Shown piece after piece: positions 61,341 through 64,000 of a stretch of 64,000 nucleotides of DNA (positions are counted from its first letter, which is position 1; each line of letters opens with the position of its first letter). The position numbers and the translations under genes are program-made. The notes under the pieces are model-generated. The model ran no database searches and was not told the DNA's origin. It saw nothing but the letters and a program-made list of their open reading frames with translations. The stretch is from Octopus bimaculoides (Eukaryota): NCBI RefSeq assembly GCF_001194135.2, contig NC_068991.1:71968065-72032064 (forward strand), given 5' to 3'.

Positions 61341-63887
61341 CTTGGAGGGCCTGCAAGGTCAATGGGCTGTTCCTTGTCCCCCAGACATAGCAAGTAAAAA
61401 GTTTGCATTGTGGAACATGTATCTGTGGTTGTGGTCATGTAGAATTCAACTTTTCTGAGGATGCATCAAATGCCATGCTGTTCTTCTGTGTTTGTTCTAA
61501 AACCATACAATTGTTTTGGTGGGAATGACCATTTATGACTAGAACTGCTATTATAATCAGTTGTAACGTTTTTGCACATTATCGGACCAATTTTAACATA
61601 GAGGACAGGATCATGTATCTCTTCTTTCTGTAATTTGCAAAGAAAATAAGTAAATTGCGGAATGGCTAAATAAAAGATTTATGCTTTCGAGTCAACACAT
61701 ATGCTGAGGGCTCTGTTGTATTCCATCTCTAAATGCAGGCATCAATGTCTCATCAGGTAGTGAAGCAGCTCTTTAGGTGTTTTGACCCCATCCACTGGGG
61801 GTCACCCACTGATGTATGCCACAAAACTACCACACAGCAGCATGAGCTTTGTGTCAGATGTTTGCAACTCTTGGCCAGATGTTTCTACCATCGTCTGTGT
61901 TCATTCTTGCTTCACCACTTCTTTTTCTTGAGCCAGATCTATCCCAAAGTTCTTGAGATATCTGTTTTGATAATCTCATTAACGATGTGTTCCATTTACT
62001 TACTTGTCTAGATGATGGCCTTTAATTAAGAGTCTGCTTGTCTGTGATCTCATCTGAATTGTCAAGTTATTTCATGTGTCATTACATTTATCAGGAGATA
62101 AATGGAAATAGCATGCAAAAAAAAGAAAATATCCTTTTTTTGATTCTTTAAAATCAAAGAAATTTTGTCACAACAATATATATTTATTTTTGCTGTCTCT
62201 TGCAAATGAAGTTTTTCAATTCTGCAAAACTTTTTTCAGAATTTGTCTTGAAACACTTCAGATTCATCGACCCCAAGAGCAAGAACCAAAATATTAATGC
62301 ACTCCTTTACTGAAAACACATTCAAGAACCTTCATCAAAGCATCTGTGAACCTTAAGCTTATGTATTTATGTTGAGAGATGAGAGGAACACAAGATTCAC
62401 CAACAGAACCAGTGGGTTGATTTGAAGTTCTTGATATTTTGTGGATGGAAAATGGCACCATACAAATTTTTAAATCCCAAACTGCTAAATAGAGTTCTGA
62501 AGTATTTGGATTACAAGAATGTTTACCTGAAGAAAATGAAGCTTTAACAGAGGAATTTTTCGTATCAAAGTGTTTAAACAATTTCCTTGTACTTATCTTT
62601 TCAACTTCACCTTAAATGAACATCTATGTTGTCATCTGGCTGCCCTTGAATCACACCTGATTGTCTCACAAAAGAAAAGACATAATGGGATGATATTATT
62701 CTAGGTATACTATGTCCGAAAAGAAAACAAAATGATCCTGGAATGCTTTTGACCAGAGCTAACCTGAGGCTAAACAACAACAACAACAAACTTATTTGGT
62801 TTTGTAGGCTCAATTTGATTGATTGATTATTCATTTACCGTTTTATTGAAGTTGGGGTATTTTGGTGAATTTGTCGATAAACCATACAAATACTCAACTG
62901 TTAAATAAAGGCTATTATTTATCACAAACAGCTCTACTGAATAACCCACAGGCTGTTTCTCATGAATGACTCTGCTGGATAATCTATATACCGCGAAGAC
63001 TCATTTCATGAAATTTGGCTGAAACTGTACTCTAGTTGAGTACAAAAAGGCTTCCTTCAGAGAGAAATGTATTATTTTCTAGTGAAAAATACATTGAGAG
63101 CAATGATAGTGAGGAAAATGAATTCCTTGTTTTCACTCTTTCCAAAATAGTTCTTCAGCAGTTTTAGTGAACATCTCATCTCAGCCTCGAAACCTCAGAC
63201 TTGTCTTCTAACAGCAAATTTATTCCACTTGTGAAGTTTTTTTTTTACTTCACCAGTACAGACTATTGCTTGCATCTTATTGATTCACTCAGTCCTCTGG
63301 TAAGGATTGGATGTTTTCCTGATCTTAGGAGCTGGCTGTAAATGATTAACCAATCCAATACTGACCTAATCAAATATACAGCCTTTAGTAATTTCTTGTG
63401 TGGTATGGGTGTACGGATATGGAATTTGGTTTGTAGCCATGTTGTTTTGGGTTCCATCCCTCTGTGTGGTACCTCAGGTTGTGTCTTTCTACCATTGCCT
63501 TGTGTTAACCAATACCCCGTGGCTGAAAATCTGTAAATGGGAACCTATCTTTGTGAGTGCGTTCACCTTGATATTGCATTATGGTACATTTGTCCGCTGC
63601 TTGTGTAATCAATATATTCCATTGCTCTGGTTTTGTGTGAAGACTTGTAGAATATAAATATCTTACTTAAAAAATGGTGGAGGGCATTCAGCTTCAATAA
63701 GTCTCATCCAACTCATGCTAACATGGGGATATAAAAACAATGATGATGGATAAAATATGATTGGCAACATTAGTCATTTTTTTTTTTGGTAATTGATCAC
63801 AGCAGGAACCATGTAGCATTAAGGAGGTGGTTATGGTGAGTGACAGAATAATTGGGTATTAATAAAAGAATATTGTATGACTTTCTA

Positions 63888-64000
63888 ATTTACATTTGAC
63901 GGATATTTCTCCTCCTCTTTGTTGTTAACACAACATTTCAGTTGATATACCCTCCAGCCTTCATCAGGTGTCTTGGGGAAATTTTGAACCGGGTTCTCCT
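63888..64000 (-). mobile_element. Hammerhead-SINE copy, truncated by window end
   Basis: Reverse complement gives ccccaagacac-ctgatga-aggctggagggtatatcaact-gaaa-tgttgtgtt (degenerate stem II). Confidence 0.75.

Overview
AT-rich, repeat-dense animal genomic DNA from a gapped draft assembly (several N runs). It is most likely octopus, inferred from the SINE/RTE repeat families and the microsatellite load. Two divergently oriented multi-exon genes were reconstructed by hand, with GT-AG sites and phases checked. (1) Minus strand, CDS 20324->8786, 8 coding exons, 770 aa: a PB1/ubiquitin-like N-terminus, a SAMD3-like helical module, an NLS, an internal BTB/POZ domain and an AT-hook, with no zinc fingers or Kelch repeats. 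(2) Plus strand CRELD, CDS 35806->54882, 11 exons, 411 aa, with two C-terminal TM helices and a perfect ERSE (CGTGG-N9-ATTGG) about 355 bp upstream of the ATG. The remainder is transposon-derived: tRNA-headed SINEs, RTE and CR1/L2-like LINE fragments, Tc1/mariner, Tigger and Helitron remnants, and hAT/piggyBac/foldback MITEs. The most notable element is a short dispersed family (5 copies here) with a tRNA-derived Pol III head, an (AAT)n linker and a Penelope-type minimal hammerhead ribozyme. It occurs in inverted configurations, and one intact-core copy lies sense in CRELD intron 2. A second, unrelated hammerhead sits inside a hAT MITE. No rRNA, genuine tRNA gene or CRISPR array was found. Family names rest on recalled motifs, not on database searches.
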